This document shows positions 39,958-50,269 of a stretch of 64,000 nucleotides of DNA, piece after piece (the first letter of the stretch is position 1; each line of letters begins with the position of its first letter). A program made the translations under genes and the position numbers. Source of the stretch: Dehalococcoidia bacterium. GTDB lineage: Bacteria; Chloroflexota; Dehalococcoidia; Lucifugimonadales; UBA1127. The notes under the pieces were generated by a model. The model did no database searches. It had not been told where the DNA came from and saw nothing but the letters and a program-made list of their open reading frames with translations. The stretch spans positions 204,514-268,513 of the forward strand of contig CBDBGD010000008.1 in assembly GCA_965205235.1 (NCBI GenBank), written 5' to 3'.

Positions 39958-40797
39958 TTGCCTCTACCTGAGCTTCTTGCACTGACTGGCCTGGGCGTCC
40001 TCACCGGCGCGTACGGGGTCATCGTCGGAGCGGGGGTGGGCTTCCTGCTGGCGCCCCTCCTCATCCTCGTCTGGGGCTTCGAGCCGGGCACGGCCGTCGG
40101 GACCAGCCTGGCCGTCGTCCTGGTCACCGCCGTCTCCGGCTCTCTGCGATACGCCAGGTCCCGCAGCATCGACTACCGTAGCGGCATCCTGTTCGCGCTG
40201 GCCGCGCTTCCCGGCTCGATCCTCGGCGCCGTGGCCGCCGACTGGACCCCCGGCAGGCTGCTCACCGTCGCGTTCGGCCTGCTGCTCATCGGCATAGCGG
40301 CCTACACGGCTCTGCGACCGGCGTCCCGGCCCGCGCCTCCTCCGCCGCCGACCCCACACCAGCCGCCGAGGCAAGGCCTTGCCGTCCGCACCCTGACCAC
40401 GGCCAGCGGTGCCACCTACACCTTCTCCTTCTCGGAGAGCCGGGCCATGGCCTACAACGTCCTCTTCGGCTTCTTGTCCAGCTTCTTCGGCGTGGGCGGC
40501 GGCCTCGTGCGAGTCCCCCTGCTGGTCTTCGGCTTCCGGTTCCCCGTGCCCGTCGCCGCGGCCACGTCCCTCTTCTCGATGGCTCTCTACACGGGCGTTG
40601 GCGTGGCCAGCCATGCGGTGCTGGGCAACGTGGAGGTGCAGGCGCTGCTGTTCGCCGGCGCGGGCGTGGTCGTGGGCGCGCAGATCGGCGTGCCCCTGGC
40701 GCCCCGGCTGCGAGGCGGCCTGGTGTTGCGGCTCCTGGCCGGCGGCCTGGCCTTCAGCGGCGGCTGGCTCATCCTCCGGGGCGTCGGGGTCGTGTAG
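39958..40797 (+). CDS. TauE/SafE (TSUP) family permease
   Basis: G.G.GF..P, AVGTSL, GVGGG..VP, AAATS; multiple TM segments. Confidence 0.88.
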   Translation: MPLPELLALTGLGVLTGAYGVIVGAGVGFLLAPLLILVWGFEPGTAVGTSLAVVLVTAVSGSLRYARSRSIDYRSGILFALAALPGSILGAVAADWTPGRLLTVAFGLLLIGIAAYTALRPASRPAPPPPPTPHQPPRQGLAVRTLTTASGATYTFSFSESRAMAYNVLFGFLSSFFGVGGGLVRVPLLVFGFRFPVPVAAATSLFSMALYTGVGVASHAVLGNVEVQALLFAGAGVVVGAQIGVPLAPRLRGGLVLRLLAGGLAFSGGWLILRGVGVV

Positions 40798-40804
40798 GCC
40801 GAGG

Positions 40805-41947
40805 CTACACCTTGATCCGCCAGCCTAGGTCCCAGTCCCCGGTCAGCCGCTCCGCCCCGTTCGCGGTGATGAGGATGTCATCGTAGACGCGGGGGTGAGC
40901 GACGAGCGGCACCGTGTCCCTGTGTGGGTGGTAGGAGAAGACCATCCCTTCCACCAGCGGCGTGTCCCGGTTCCCCGCCATCATCGGCGAGAAGTAGGGC
41001 CACTCCACCGAGTCCATCCCCTGGCCGTGGAGGTAGTAGTGCCACGCCGGCTCGCCGAGCTTCCAGCCGTCCTCCGCCACGATGCGCTCGAACGCGGTCG
41101 AAAGCTCTTCCAGCGTGACGCCGGGCACGGCGATCTTTCGCAGCTCGTCGAAGGCCCGCATCTCGCTCTCCAGCAGTCTCACCTCGTCGGCGGTGGGCTC
41201 GCGGAAGGCGCACGTCACGTTCAACTCCGACCAGTGGCCGCTTTCGCCGCAGATCTCCAGGTGGAAGCCCACCAGGTCGTCGCAGGCCATGGGGATGTCC
41301 TTGGGCAGCCCCGCCGCGCCGCCCACCTGTATCAGGCTCAGGTCGTCGAAGACGCCGCCGGCGCGGAACACCTTGGCCGCCTCCGCCGCCACCTCGCGCT
41401 GCGTCAGGTCCGGCCCGAGGACGTCCACGAATCGGCTCAATGCGGCCGTGGCCAGCGCGCACACCTCGCGGACCTGCTGCACCTCCAGCGGGCTCTTCAC
41501 CGCGCGGATGCGGTCCACCATGGCGTCCGCGCTCACGAACGTCACGTTCGGGAGTGCGTTTCGCAGCGTCTCGTAGGCGCCCACCGTGATCGCCCTCTCC
41601 AGCCCCGCAACGCCCACCTTGCCGCTGGTCAGTCCCTTCTCCTTCATCGCACTCACGATCTCGTCCTGCGGCGCCGGCGCAAGCCTGACGTCCGAGACCC
41701 ACGGCACGTCGGGCCTCGATGCACCGGCGTAGGTGACCTGTGCGTGCGCCGGCTCGCTCTCCAGCGGGATGAGCAGCAGCGAGTCGCCGGTCCAGAAGTG
41801 CGCGTCCGTGAAGTACCGGATGTAACCGCGGATGAACATGCTCCCGTGCCCCGCGACCACCAGCGCGCTCAGCCCCTCCGCCTCCATGGCCTGCCGCGCT
41901 GCCTGCAGCCGACGGTCTCGCTCTGCCAGGTCTGCTCGTGTGCCCAT
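40805..41947 (-). CDS. M24 (creatinase / Xaa-Pro) family protein
   Basis: Creatinase-type N-terminus, R.VKS.E, HG.G, L.EGMVF; canonical metal ligands look divergent. Confidence 0.8.
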   Translation of the reverse strand: MGTRADLAERDRRLQAARQAMEAEGLSALVVAGHGSMFIRGYIRYFTDAHFWTGDSLLLIPLESEPAHAQVTYAGASRPDVPWVSDVRLAPAPQDEIVSAMKEKGLTSGKVGVAGLERAITVGAYETLRNALPNVTFVSADAMVDRIRAVKSPLEVQQVREVCALATAALSRFVDVLGPDLTQREVAAEAAKVFRAGGVFDDLSLIQVGGAAGLPKDIPMACDDLVGFHLEICGESGHWSELNVTCAFREPTADEVRLLESEMRAFDELRKIAVPGVTLEELSTAFERIVAEDGWKLGEPAWHYYLHGQGMDSVEWPYFSPMMAGNRDTPLVEGMVFSYHPHRDTVPLVAHPRVYDDILITANGAERLTGDWDLGWRIKV

Positions 41948-41978
41948 TGTTGCTCCTCTCTGGTGTGGAATGACGACG

Positions 41979-42410
41979 TTAGCTGGTGAAGCGGATGATC
42001 AACGGCACGATGATGGCCGTGGCCGCCAGTGAGATGATGACCGCGGTGAAGAGAAGGTAGCGCACCCCGTAGTTCGACATGAGGGCGGGGTCGTAGTACT
42101 TGTCGACGTTGTTGTCGCGGTACATGGCGACCAGCCCGCCGATGAGCGTCCGGCGGTTCCGCCCGCCCAGCACCAACGCCGCCACCGCGACGACGTTCAG
42201 CACCACGGTCATGACGATGAACACCGCCAGCAGGATGTCGTAGGTGGCGGTGGTGTCATCCACGGTGGCCTCCGTCGCCACGCCGAAGTTCACGGCGAGG
42301 ACGATGAGGTTGAAGACGATAGCCGTCAGCACGAAGATCGTGTCCGTGCGACTGCTCTCGCCCAGCTCCCTCACGATGTGCTCGTGGACCTGACTCTGCA
42401 CGTCCGACAC
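41979..42410 (-). CDS. small membrane protein (3 TM)
   Basis: Three hydrophobic segments; GTG after GGAGGAG. Confidence 0.65.
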   Translation of the reverse strand: MSDVQSQVHEHIVRELGESSRTDTIFVLTAIVFNLIVLAVNFGVATEATVDDTTATYDILLAVFIVMTVVLNVVAVAALVLGGRNRRTLIGGLVAMYRDNNVDKYYDPALMSNYGVRYLLFTAVIISLAATAIIVPLIIRFTS

Positions 42411-42574
42411 CTCCTCCAAGTCGCTCCATGATAGCACCCTTCGCCTTGTGCAACAGCCGTAACCGATGCTCCAGGAGTCCACCTCGCCGGCCCGCGGCGG
42501 GTGACAAACGCGCCTTCCGCGTGGCCGCCTCTGCACGAGAAGATGGAGCCCATCACGAACGAGGGCAGGCTCGA

Positions 42575-42961
42575 ATGACACAGCACACGCATCCCGAGTA
42601 CGGTCGACCGGGCGGCCCGCCCACCTCCAACCCCGGCTGGTATCGAGGCGACGGCGGCCAGTGGCGCCTCGACCCCGTGCGCAGGCCCTCCTGGTGGCGA
42701 GAGGGCCAGCACGCCGTCATCGGCGCCCTCACCGGCGCGCTACCCTACGCCGCCTACTGGTGGGGCGACCTGCCGCTCGTCGCGGCCGCGCTGGTCGCCC
42801 AGTTCCTCGGCGTCACCCTCTTCCTCGCGTACGAGGTCACCGAGGGCTGGCGCATCCGCGACTGGGCCTACCGGGACATCGGCGGCTTCATGGCCGGCAT
42901 GCTGGCGGTCACCGTCTGCGGCCTCGCGGCGACGCTTGGCGTGCGAGCGGCGCTGGGGTAG
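42575..42961 (+). CDS. hypothetical membrane protein
   Basis: Hydrophobic segments with FLAYE..E and AYRDIGGF; strong host codon bias. Confidence 0.6.
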   Translation: MTQHTHPEYGRPGGPPTSNPGWYRGDGGQWRLDPVRRPSWWREGQHAVIGALTGALPYAAYWWGDLPLVAAALVAQFLGVTLFLAYEVTEGWRIRDWAYRDIGGFMAGMLAVTVCGLAATLGVRAALG

Positions 42962-43137
42962 CCGACCTTTTTGGTTTCTCGAGCCTTGACCATGGTCACA
43001 CGCGACTCATTCACCTGCGAGGCACCGGGGGAACGGAGGACGTACTCTCTTGTGCACGCGGCCGTGGCAAAGTATCTTGGCCTTGGCCGCCTGTTCGTAG
43101 CGTAAACGATAGGACTCACGTGGCGAGGAGATCCCTT

Positions 43138-43806
43138 ATGGCCCATATGGTGTTGGATTGTCCCCACTGCGCCTCCACAAAGATTGGATTTGATGTGATC
43201 GCCTCTTCGCCCGCAACAGGAGAAGGCCAGCCAAACCGACGGTGGAATGTGTTCCTGCATTGCCGCCACTGCAATAGAGGTGTAGTCGTAGAGTTGTACG
43301 CAGTAGCGGTTGCTTCAACGACGAGCCCGGCCCAGTTTTCCGGCGATCCGCGAGACCAAGGATATGCCGAGGGCGAAATGTTTCCGAGACCTCAGAAAGC
43401 TGTAGCTCCAGAGCATGTCACAGAGGCAATCGCAAGAGACTATGAAGAAGCAGTGGACAATCTAGGCCGTGGCAATTACACGTCTGCAGGAATGATGTTT
43501 CGAAAAGTCCTGCAGCGGTCGACGACGGCTCTAACGCGCGACGCGGCCTCGATGAAATCCAAGAGACTAGAGGAGCGCATTGAGATTCTAGAAACCAATG
43601 GGCTCATCACCAGCGCTATGCGAGACTGGGCTACGATAATTCGGCTTGAAGGCAATGCCGCTACACACTGGGAAGAGGAATATGGCGAAGCAGAATTCAC
43701 GAAGGAAAGCGCTACGCAGTTACACCACTTTACGGAACTCTTCCTAATCTACACATTCACACTTCCTGCTCAAGTTGCACGATATGCTCAGGTCGGAGAA
43801 GAATAG
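43138..43806 (+). CDS. zinc ribbon plus DUF4145 (HEPN-superfamily) protein
   Basis: CPHC...CRHC, YEEA, M.FRK.L, IRLEGNAATH; low GC. Confidence 0.8.
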   Translation: MAHMVLDCPHCASTKIGFDVIASSPATGEGQPNRRWNVFLHCRHCNRGVVVELYAVAVASTTSPAQFSGDPRDQGYAEGEMFPRPQKAVAPEHVTEAIARDYEEAVDNLGRGNYTSAGMMFRKVLQRSTTALTRDAASMKSKRLEERIEILETNGLITSAMRDWATIIRLEGNAATHWEEEYGEAEFTKESATQLHHFTELFLIYTFTLPAQVARYAQVGEE

Positions 43807-43898
43807 AAGCTCTTGTCTCCACAACCACCTTCCCCAGGGTCAGCCTAGACTAGCCGTCTAATGGCTGCCCCCCGTTTGAGGGATAAGGAGGCCCCACC

Positions 43899-44789
43899 AT
43901 GACCACCCAACGCGACCTCATCGGCTACGGCGCCAACCCCCCGCAGGTCGAGTGGCCGGACGGCGCCCGCATCGCCGTCTCCGTCGTCGTCAACTACGAG
44001 GAGGGCTCCGAGTACTCCCTCCTCGACGGCGACGCCGCGCACGAGGTGAACAACGAGATGCCGTCGCCCGTCCCGCCCGAAGACCGCGACCTCGCCAACG
44101 AGTCCTTCTTCGAGTACGGCAGCCGCGTGGGCGTCTGGCGCATCATGGACCTGCTGGACGAGTACAACGTCAAGTGCACCTTCTTCTGCTGCGCCCTGGC
44201 CGTGGAGCGCAACCCGGAGGTCGGCCGGGCCATCGTCGCCCGGGGGCACGAGGTGTTCGGCCACGGCTACCGCTGGGAGGAGTCCTTCAAGATGGACCGC
44301 GAGGCCGAGCGGGAGGCCATCCACAAGGCGGTGGAGTCGCTCCGGCGCACCACCGGCGAGCGGCCGCTGGGCTGGTACGTCCGGTACGGCCCCAGCGTGA
44401 ACACCCGCCAGCTTGTGGTCGAAGAGGGCGGCTTCATCTACGACAGCATGGCCTACAACGACGACATCCCCTACTACGTGCAGGTGGACGACCGCAAGTG
44501 GCTCGTCGTCCCCTACTCCCTCGAAGTCAACGACACCCGCTTCTGGCGCGGCAACATGATCAGCCCGAACGACTTCTTCGAGACGATGAAAAACAGCTTC
44601 GACACCCTCTACGCCGAGGGCCAGAAGACGCCCAAGATGATGAGCGTCGGGTTGCACTGCCGCATCGTCGGCAGGCCCTCACGGATCGTCGCCCTCCGGC
44701 GCTTCATCGAGTACGCCCGCGGCTTCCCCGGCGTCTGGTTCGCCCGGCGAATCGACATCGCTCGCTGGTGGCTGGAGCACTACCCGTAG
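43899..44789 (+). CDS. PuuE-type allantoinase / polysaccharide deacetylase family
   Basis: RDLIGYG, VNYEEG.E, EYGSRVG.WR, HG.RW, KMMSVGLH.R..GRP.R. Confidence 0.9.
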   Translation: MTTQRDLIGYGANPPQVEWPDGARIAVSVVVNYEEGSEYSLLDGDAAHEVNNEMPSPVPPEDRDLANESFFEYGSRVGVWRIMDLLDEYNVKCTFFCCALAVERNPEVGRAIVARGHEVFGHGYRWEESFKMDREAEREAIHKAVESLRRTTGERPLGWYVRYGPSVNTRQLVVEEGGFIYDSMAYNDDIPYYVQVDDRKWLVVPYSLEVNDTRFWRGNMISPNDFFETMKNSFDTLYAEGQKTPKMMSVGLHCRIVGRPSRIVALRRFIEYARGFPGVWFARRIDIARWWLEHYP

Positions 44790-44839
44790 GAATTGACATA
44801 ACACATGGAGGCTTGGTGGACGGTCGGTTCGGGAACATC

Positions 44840-45454
44840 ATGGCGTCGATGAACGTCGGCAGGTTCTTGCCGCTCGTGTTGCTGGCGCTCGCGCTGGTAG
44901 TCGCGGCGTCGTGCGACTCGGAGGCGCCTCCGGGACCGGGCGTCGAGTCGGGGGTGGCCCGAGTGGCGCGCGAGGCCGGACCGTCGACGGGGGCAGACTC
45001 CACTGCCGGCCAACCCGCCCCTGCGTCGGAGGCGGAGCGGATCAAGGCCGAGATGCAGGACCGCTCGTTCCGTCAGTTCGAGCCGTCGGTGGATGCGAGT
45101 CCCAGGAGGGGCGTCATTCTCAGCTTCTTCGGCCCGCTCACCATCTGGGCCCAGTACGCCGAAGGCGACCACGCGCTGCACGAGTGGGAGATCGCCGCCG
45201 CCGACTACAGCGTTGAGCTGCACGGCGGCGCTTCGGAGGTCACCCTCCACCTCGACCAGCCCAGGTCGTCCCAGGGCATCCCCACCCGCTGCGACGACTG
45301 CATACCCACGGACGGCGTATCCCTCTCGATACGCAATCTCTTTGACAGCGAGAGGATTGAGTTCAGAGTGAACGACCCCGACGGCGTTCTACCGCCGCCG
45401 TTCCCGGTGTTCGGCTCGTGGACACGCTTCACCGAGGACGAGATCCAGAACTGA
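44840..45454 (+). CDS. hypothetical lipoprotein
   Basis: Signal peptide with VAASC lipobox. Confidence 0.65.
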   Translation: MASMNVGRFLPLVLLALALVVAASCDSEAPPGPGVESGVARVAREAGPSTGADSTAGQPAPASEAERIKAEMQDRSFRQFEPSVDASPRRGVILSFFGPLTIWAQYAEGDHALHEWEIAAADYSVELHGGASEVTLHLDQPRSSQGIPTRCDDCIPTDGVSLSIRNLFDSERIEFRVNDPDGVLPPPFPVFGSWTRFTEDEIQN

Positions 45455-45458
45455 CAGG

Positions 45459-46139
45459 TCAGCGCCGGATCGCGGCGAGGCGCCGTTCCACGCTGCCCCG
45501 TAGCAGCAGCACTCCCATGACCACGAGCCATATGAAGAAGGCGTTGCCGCTGATGCGGTGCATGATCGTCGCCGCGTCCACCCATATCAGCAGCATCCCA
45601 AGGCCGATCACCAGCGACGCCGCAGCAATCACCCTCGAAGCCTTCCACTGGCCCAGCCCCACGGTCGCCAGCGCCAGGCCCGCGGCCGAGAAGCCCAGCT
45701 TGCCCGTCACCCACCGCAGCGTGGACACTGTCTCCGTCGTGGCGGTGGCGGCGACGTCGGAGGCGTCGCCCACGAACGCCGCCAGCACGAGCGCGCACAC
45801 TCCCGACGCGGCGGTGATGACGCCCGACGCTGCGAGCAGGTACGGGACCAGCGGCGTCCCGAGGCCCTCTCGAACGACCGTGCTCCTCCACAGCACCCAC
45901 GCCGCGGCGACGAGCGTGAACCCCGAGAGAACCCGCGCAACGCCGGCCACGGTGTACATCCCCGTGTTGGTCGCAATCGCCCGCAGCGACTCCTCGATGG
46001 TCGGCTGGTCGGCGTCGGCGGAGATGCGCGCGAACACCGAGATGCCCGTCGCTACCGCGGTGAGCAGCAGGAGCACGCCCGCTCGGCGCGCGGCCCTGTC
46101 CATGGGTCCTTCTGGCATGCTCTTTGTCAGCGTCGACAC
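45459..46139 (-). CDS. integral membrane protein (DUF4386-like)
   Basis: About six hydrophobic segments; AR.AG.L N-terminal pattern. Confidence 0.6.
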   Translation of the reverse strand: MSTLTKSMPEGPMDRAARRAGVLLLLTAVATGISVFARISADADQPTIEESLRAIATNTGMYTVAGVARVLSGFTLVAAAWVLWRSTVVREGLGTPLVPYLLAASGVITAASGVCALVLAAFVGDASDVAATATTETVSTLRWVTGKLGFSAAGLALATVGLGQWKASRVIAAASLVIGLGMLLIWVDAATIMHRISGNAFFIWLVVMGVLLLRGSVERRLAAIRR

Positions 46140-46147
46140 GTTGGCCG

Positions 46148-46894
46148 CTATGTCACGTCCATTTTCCTGAGCCGCCTGACGGTCAGGAGGAAGAACACCA
46201 CGGTCACAGCCGCCACGCCGACAATCGCCGCAGGCAGTTCGATGACCCGCTCTTCGAGCGGAGCAAAGCTCTCACCGTCTATCCCGTGCAGTATCGCCAG
46301 CGTGTAGGCGCGGATGCTCAGGTATCGGACGCCCTCCAGGAGGCTGGACAGGAACCCCTCCCAGATGAAGACGTAGATGAGGCCCGCCGCCAGCGCCCGC
46401 GTCGTCACCAGCCCCGCCCACGTGAACACCGACGAGTAGGCGATGACGCCCACCAGCACGGCGACGCCCACGGCCACGAGGGCCGTCACGTCGCTTTCAG
46501 CGACGAACAGGGCGGCGCTCGCACCTAGCGCCGTGCTGGCCACGCCGCTGACCACCAGCGCCGGACCGCCGATGGCGATGGGCGCCAGCGTCTTGGGCAA
46601 CGCGATGAGCCACCGGGGCACGGGCTTCAACAGGAGGTAGCTCAGCGTCTTGTCGTCCACCTCGTTGCCGAACGACGCAGTGGCCAGGACCAGCGCCACG
46701 ATGGGCAGGGCTCCGGCGATGATCATCGGGTCCAGCACAGTGGAGATGAAAGGTCCGTTTGTCGATTCGGGGCCGCCGGTCGTGATCATGATGATGGCCG
46801 TCAGGCCCACGGGCAGAGCGGCGAGCAGCAGGATGAAGAGCAGCCTGACCCTGCCGCCGAGCTGGCGCAGACTGAGGCGCAGGACCGCCGTCAT
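46148..46894 (-). CDS. ABC-2 permease
   Basis: E..DKTL.YLL.KP.PR..I...K signature. Confidence 0.88.
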   Translation of the reverse strand: MTAVLRLSLRQLGGRVRLLFILLLAALPVGLTAIIMITTGGPESTNGPFISTVLDPMIIAGALPIVALVLATASFGNEVDDKTLSYLLLKPVPRWLIALPKTLAPIAIGGPALVVSGVASTALGASAALFVAESDVTALVAVGVAVLVGVIAYSSVFTWAGLVTTRALAAGLIYVFIWEGFLSSLLEGVRYLSIRAYTLAILHGIDGESFAPLEERVIELPAAIVGVAAVTVVFFLLTVRRLRKMDVT

Positions 46895-47817
46895 GCGCCC
46901 TCCACCAGGTAGCCGAACACGCTGTCCAGCGACTCGTCCAGGGGCTCGACCCTGAACAGGCGTATGCCCCGCTCCTTCGCCAGCCGCGGCAGCGACCGCT
47001 GCAGCTCGGCGATGTCCCTGGTCAGCAGCGTCAGCGCACCCTCCTCGTCGATCGACACGGAGTCCACCGCATCGACGCCGATGAGCGCGGCGGCCATCGC
47101 GCGGGTGTCGCTGCTTCCCACCCGCACCTGGTAGGGCCGCTCGTCCAGCTTCGCCCGAATCGCCACGAAATCGCCGGCCGCCGCCAGCTTGCCCGCCACC
47201 AGCAGCAGGATGTTGTCCGTCAGCGTCTCGATCTCCTCCAGGATGTGCGACGACACCAGCACCGTCCGACCCTCCGACGCGAGGCGGCGCATCAGGTCCT
47301 GGGTGGCGATCCGCTGCTGCGGGTCCGTACCGTTCATAGGCTCGTCCAGCAGCAGCACTTCGGGGTCGTGCACCAGGGAGGCCGCCAGCCTCGTGCGCTG
47401 GCGCATCCCACGGGAGAAGGTCGATACCGACCGGTGTTGGACGTCGCTCAGAGCCACGTACTCGAACGCCCGGTCAACCGCCGGCCCCACCGGGTCGAGT
47501 CCGTACAGCGTGGCCGCCATCTCGATGAACTGCCTGGCGGTGAGCACGTCGTACAGGGACTCGTGGCCCGGCATGAAGCCTATGCGCCGGTAGAGGGGCG
47601 TGTTGTCCCGCACCGGCTCGCCGAGCACCGTCACCTCACCCTCGGACGGCGCCGCGAGCCCGGTGATCAGGTTGAGCATGGTCGTCTTGCCCGCGCCGTT
47701 GGGGCCAAGCAGCCCGGTGATGCCGGGGCCGACCTGCAACGACACGTCGTTCACGGCAACGAGGTTGCCGTACCATTTCGATACGGAGCGGGTCTCGATT
47801 GTTGCGGCGCTCGTCAT
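46891..47817 (-). CDS. ABC ATP-binding protein
   Basis: GPNGAGKT, FSRGMRQR, LLDEP, SSH. Confidence 0.92.
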   Translation of the reverse strand: MTSAATIETRSVSKWYGNLVAVNDVSLQVGPGITGLLGPNGAGKTTMLNLITGLAAPSEGEVTVLGEPVRDNTPLYRRIGFMPGHESLYDVLTARQFIEMAATLYGLDPVGPAVDRAFEYVALSDVQHRSVSTFSRGMRQRTRLAASLVHDPEVLLLDEPMNGTDPQQRIATQDLMRRLASEGRTVLVSSHILEEIETLTDNILLLVAGKLAAAGDFVAIRAKLDERPYQVRVGSSDTRAMAAALIGVDAVDSVSIDEEGALTLLTRDIAELQRSLPRLAKERGIRLFRVEPLDESLDSVFGYLVEGA

Positions 47818-48776
47818 ATCGACAACCTCCGGTAGCGCCACCAGAGGACGTAGCCGAGCGCACCCACGACGGTCAGGTACCACGCGATGGGGACCGCGTC
47901 GTGCAACTCCGACGAAGCTTGTTCCGGCCCGCCGAAGCCGTCAGGGTCCTCGAATGTCCCGCCGGGGAATATCAGGTCGTTCACCAGCGTAGGCACGCCC
48001 AGGACGTTGATCAGGCTCAGCCACTTCGCTGCATCGCCGGTGGCATAGTCGCACTCCGTGATCCTGTTCGATGAATCGTTCGGGTCCGAGATGGTGGTGC
48101 ACTCGGTCGAAGTCAGGGCCCCGGAGATGATCGGCGTGATGATGAAGACGGCGACGACAAAGGCCGTGGCGTAGGCCCGTCTCGTCGTGAAAGCGGAGAC
48201 GGCAAGCGGAATGGTCGTCGTGAATGCGGCCAGGGCCAGGCCCGCCAGCAGGAACCTGGGCACGTCGAGCCAGTTGTCCCGCACGTAGTCCAGCGGCTCG
48301 GCGGCGGCCAGAAGCAGCCCCGCGAAGAGCACCACCTGCCCGGCGAGCACGAACCCCAGCGTTATCGAGAAGAAGGCGAACCATCGCGCTGCCACGTAGT
48401 CCGTGCGCGTCAGTGGCCGCACCAAGTACAGGCCCAGCACGCCGTGGCGCCTGTCCGGGCAGAGCAGCTCCGGCGCCATGATGGCGGCGAACAGCGCGAC
48501 CACGATCAGCACGATCGCGTAGTACTCCTCGTGCCGGAAGACCTGGAACTCTCCGAGACCAAGTACGCTGGCGATGATTGCCGCCACCAGGGCGGGCGTG
48601 ATGACGCAGATGAACAGGATTACCGGCAGCACCTTGGAGCCCCAGCCCCGCCCGATGCCCAGAACGGTCCGGATGCCGTCGACCCAAAGGGCCTTGTGTG
48701 CGCGCAGCCGGCCCTCGCGCGGCCCATCGTAGTGGCGGTATCCGAGGTCGTAGACTTCGCCCTGCGGTGTGCTCAC
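47814..48776 (-). CDS. ABC-2 permease
   Basis: YDLGYR.Y.G, APEL...DRR.G.L.LY..RP. Confidence 0.88.
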   Translation of the reverse strand: MSTPQGEVYDLGYRHYDGPREGRLRAHKALWVDGIRTVLGIGRGWGSKVLPVILFICVITPALVAAIIASVLGLGEFQVFRHEEYYAIVLIVVALFAAIMAPELLCPDRRHGVLGLYLVRPLTRTDYVAARWFAFFSITLGFVLAGQVVLFAGLLLAAAEPLDYVRDNWLDVPRFLLAGLALAAFTTTIPLAVSAFTTRRAYATAFVVAVFIITPIISGALTSTECTTISDPNDSSNRITECDYATGDAAKWLSLINVLGVPTLVNDLIFPGGTFEDPDGFGGPEQASSELHDAVPIAWYLTVVGALGYVLWWRYRRLSI

Positions 48777-49675
48777 GTCGTCCCGCCTCGGAAGAGGTCT
48801 GCGAGACCGCGGCGCCGGGGCGCCAGCCTGCGCAGCCGCGCTCCAACGTCAACGATGGCGTCGCGAATGAGGTCGTACTGCTCCTCGGTCGCGCCCTCGA
48901 CAACCAGCGACCGGCCGTCTTCCGCCGCCTCGACGCCTCGGGCCGCTAGGGCGGCCACGAGCTCACCTCGCCGGTCGTCCACGTCGATGAACAGCGTCTC
49001 CGTCTCCCGCGTGTAGCCGGAGACCTCGCCCTGCTCCATCACCCTGCCGGAGTCGAGCACGACGATGCGGTCGCAGATGCTCTCGACGTCGCCCATGAGG
49101 TGGGTGGAGAGCAGGATGCTGATGCCGAACTCCCGCCCGATGCGGGCAATGAGCTCCAGCATCTTCTCCCGGCCGCCGGGGTCCAGGCCTGCCGTGGGCT
49201 CGTCCAGCAGCGCCAGGACGGGGTCGTGCACCAGCGCCTGGGCCAGCTTCACTCGCTGCACCATGCCCGTGGAGTACTGGCCGATGGACCGGTAGCGCTC
49301 CTCGTCCAGCCCCACGAGTCGAAGGATGTCGGCGGCCCGCGTTCGCGCCTGGGCTGGGGGCAAGCCGCTGATCTGCGCCATGTGGATGAGGAACTCCGTG
49401 GCGGCCACGCTGCGCGGCAGGCAGTCATGCTCCGGCATGTAGCCCAGCCTGCTCCGGGCGTCCGGCGCTTCGTAGGGCATCTGCCCCATTACCTCAGCCG
49501 ACCCGGCCGTGGGCTGCAGCAGGCCCAGGAACAGCTTGATCGCCGTGCTCTTGCCGGCCCCGTTCTGCCCAAGCAGCCCGGTGATGCCCTCCGAGACCTG
49601 GAAGGACGCCGAGTCGAGTGCGATGACGGCGCCGTAGCGCTTTGTCAGGCCCTTGGCTTCGAGCAGGGCTTGCAT
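48773..49675 (-). CDS. ABC ATP-binding protein
   Basis: GQNGAGKS, YSTGM.QR.KLAQAL, LDEPT.GLDP. Confidence 0.92.
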   Translation of the reverse strand: MQALLEAKGLTKRYGAVIALDSASFQVSEGITGLLGQNGAGKSTAIKLFLGLLQPTAGSAEVMGQMPYEAPDARSRLGYMPEHDCLPRSVAATEFLIHMAQISGLPPAQARTRAADILRLVGLDEERYRSIGQYSTGMVQRVKLAQALVHDPVLALLDEPTAGLDPGGREKMLELIARIGREFGISILLSTHLMGDVESICDRIVVLDSGRVMEQGEVSGYTRETETLFIDVDDRRGELVAALAARGVEAAEDGRSLVVEGATEEQYDLIRDAIVDVGARLRRLAPRRRGLADLFRGGTT

Positions 49676-50269
49676 CTATTTCTCGAAGAAGTCCAGGTCC
49701 ACGGCAAACGCGGTAGCGAGGACGAGGCTTTGCAGGTCCTCGTCGCCTTCGGCTGGTAGCTCGACCGTGAAGGTGTCGGCGTCGGTGAACATCTCGCGGC
49801 CCATGCCGCTCCACTGCTTCGTGATCCTGCCGACCTCCTGGCCTCTGCGGTTCACCATGAAGGTGTAGCGGCGGAAGACGGAGCCGTTCACCTCGGCGAC
49901 GGGGCTTCCGCGCTCGTTCTCGAGGATGATCTTGCGCTTCAGCAGCCCGAACTTGCGGCGTATGGCGCCCACGGGTCTGCCGTCGGCGGTCCGTACGTGC
50001 ATGGTGGGGAAGAACCAGAAGAAGGCGCGGCTGGCTGCCAGGAGCTCCCGGCCGCCCATGTCTGCGATGTGCAGCGTGAGGGCCCGGTTGCGCTGCAGGA
50101 GCACCCTCCCCCAGCCGCCCGACTCTTCGTAGGCGAGCAGCACGGTCCTGCCGTCCGACGTCATCACCTCGTACCGGTTCCGAGTTTCGATGCCGGTGAT
50201 GGCCTCCCAGCCCTCCACTCGCTGTTTCACAACCAGCCGGCCGTCTTGCGCCAGGTCACGTATCGACAT
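49676..50269 (-). CDS. phospholipid scramblase / Tubby-LURP1-like protein
   Basis: ET.NRY, G.ITKQWSG...E.FTDAD.F, A..DL.FFE C-terminus. Confidence 0.8.
   Translation of the reverse strand: MSIRDLAQDGRLVVKQRVEGWEAITGIETRNRYEVMTSDGRTVLLAYEESGGWGRVLLQRNRALTLHIADMGGRELLAASRAFFWFFPTMHVRTADGRPVGAIRRKFGLLKRKIILENERGSPVAEVNGSVFRRYTFMVNRRGQEVGRITKQWSGMGREMFTDADTFTVELPAEGDEDLQSLVLATAFAVDLDFFEK

Noticed and set aside
42959-43856. TAGCCG 6-mer flanking the DUF4145 gene as a target duplication
   Set aside because: Too short to distinguish from chance.
44793-44825. TTGACA as a promoter -35
   Set aside because: No acceptable -10 at 16-18 bp spacing.
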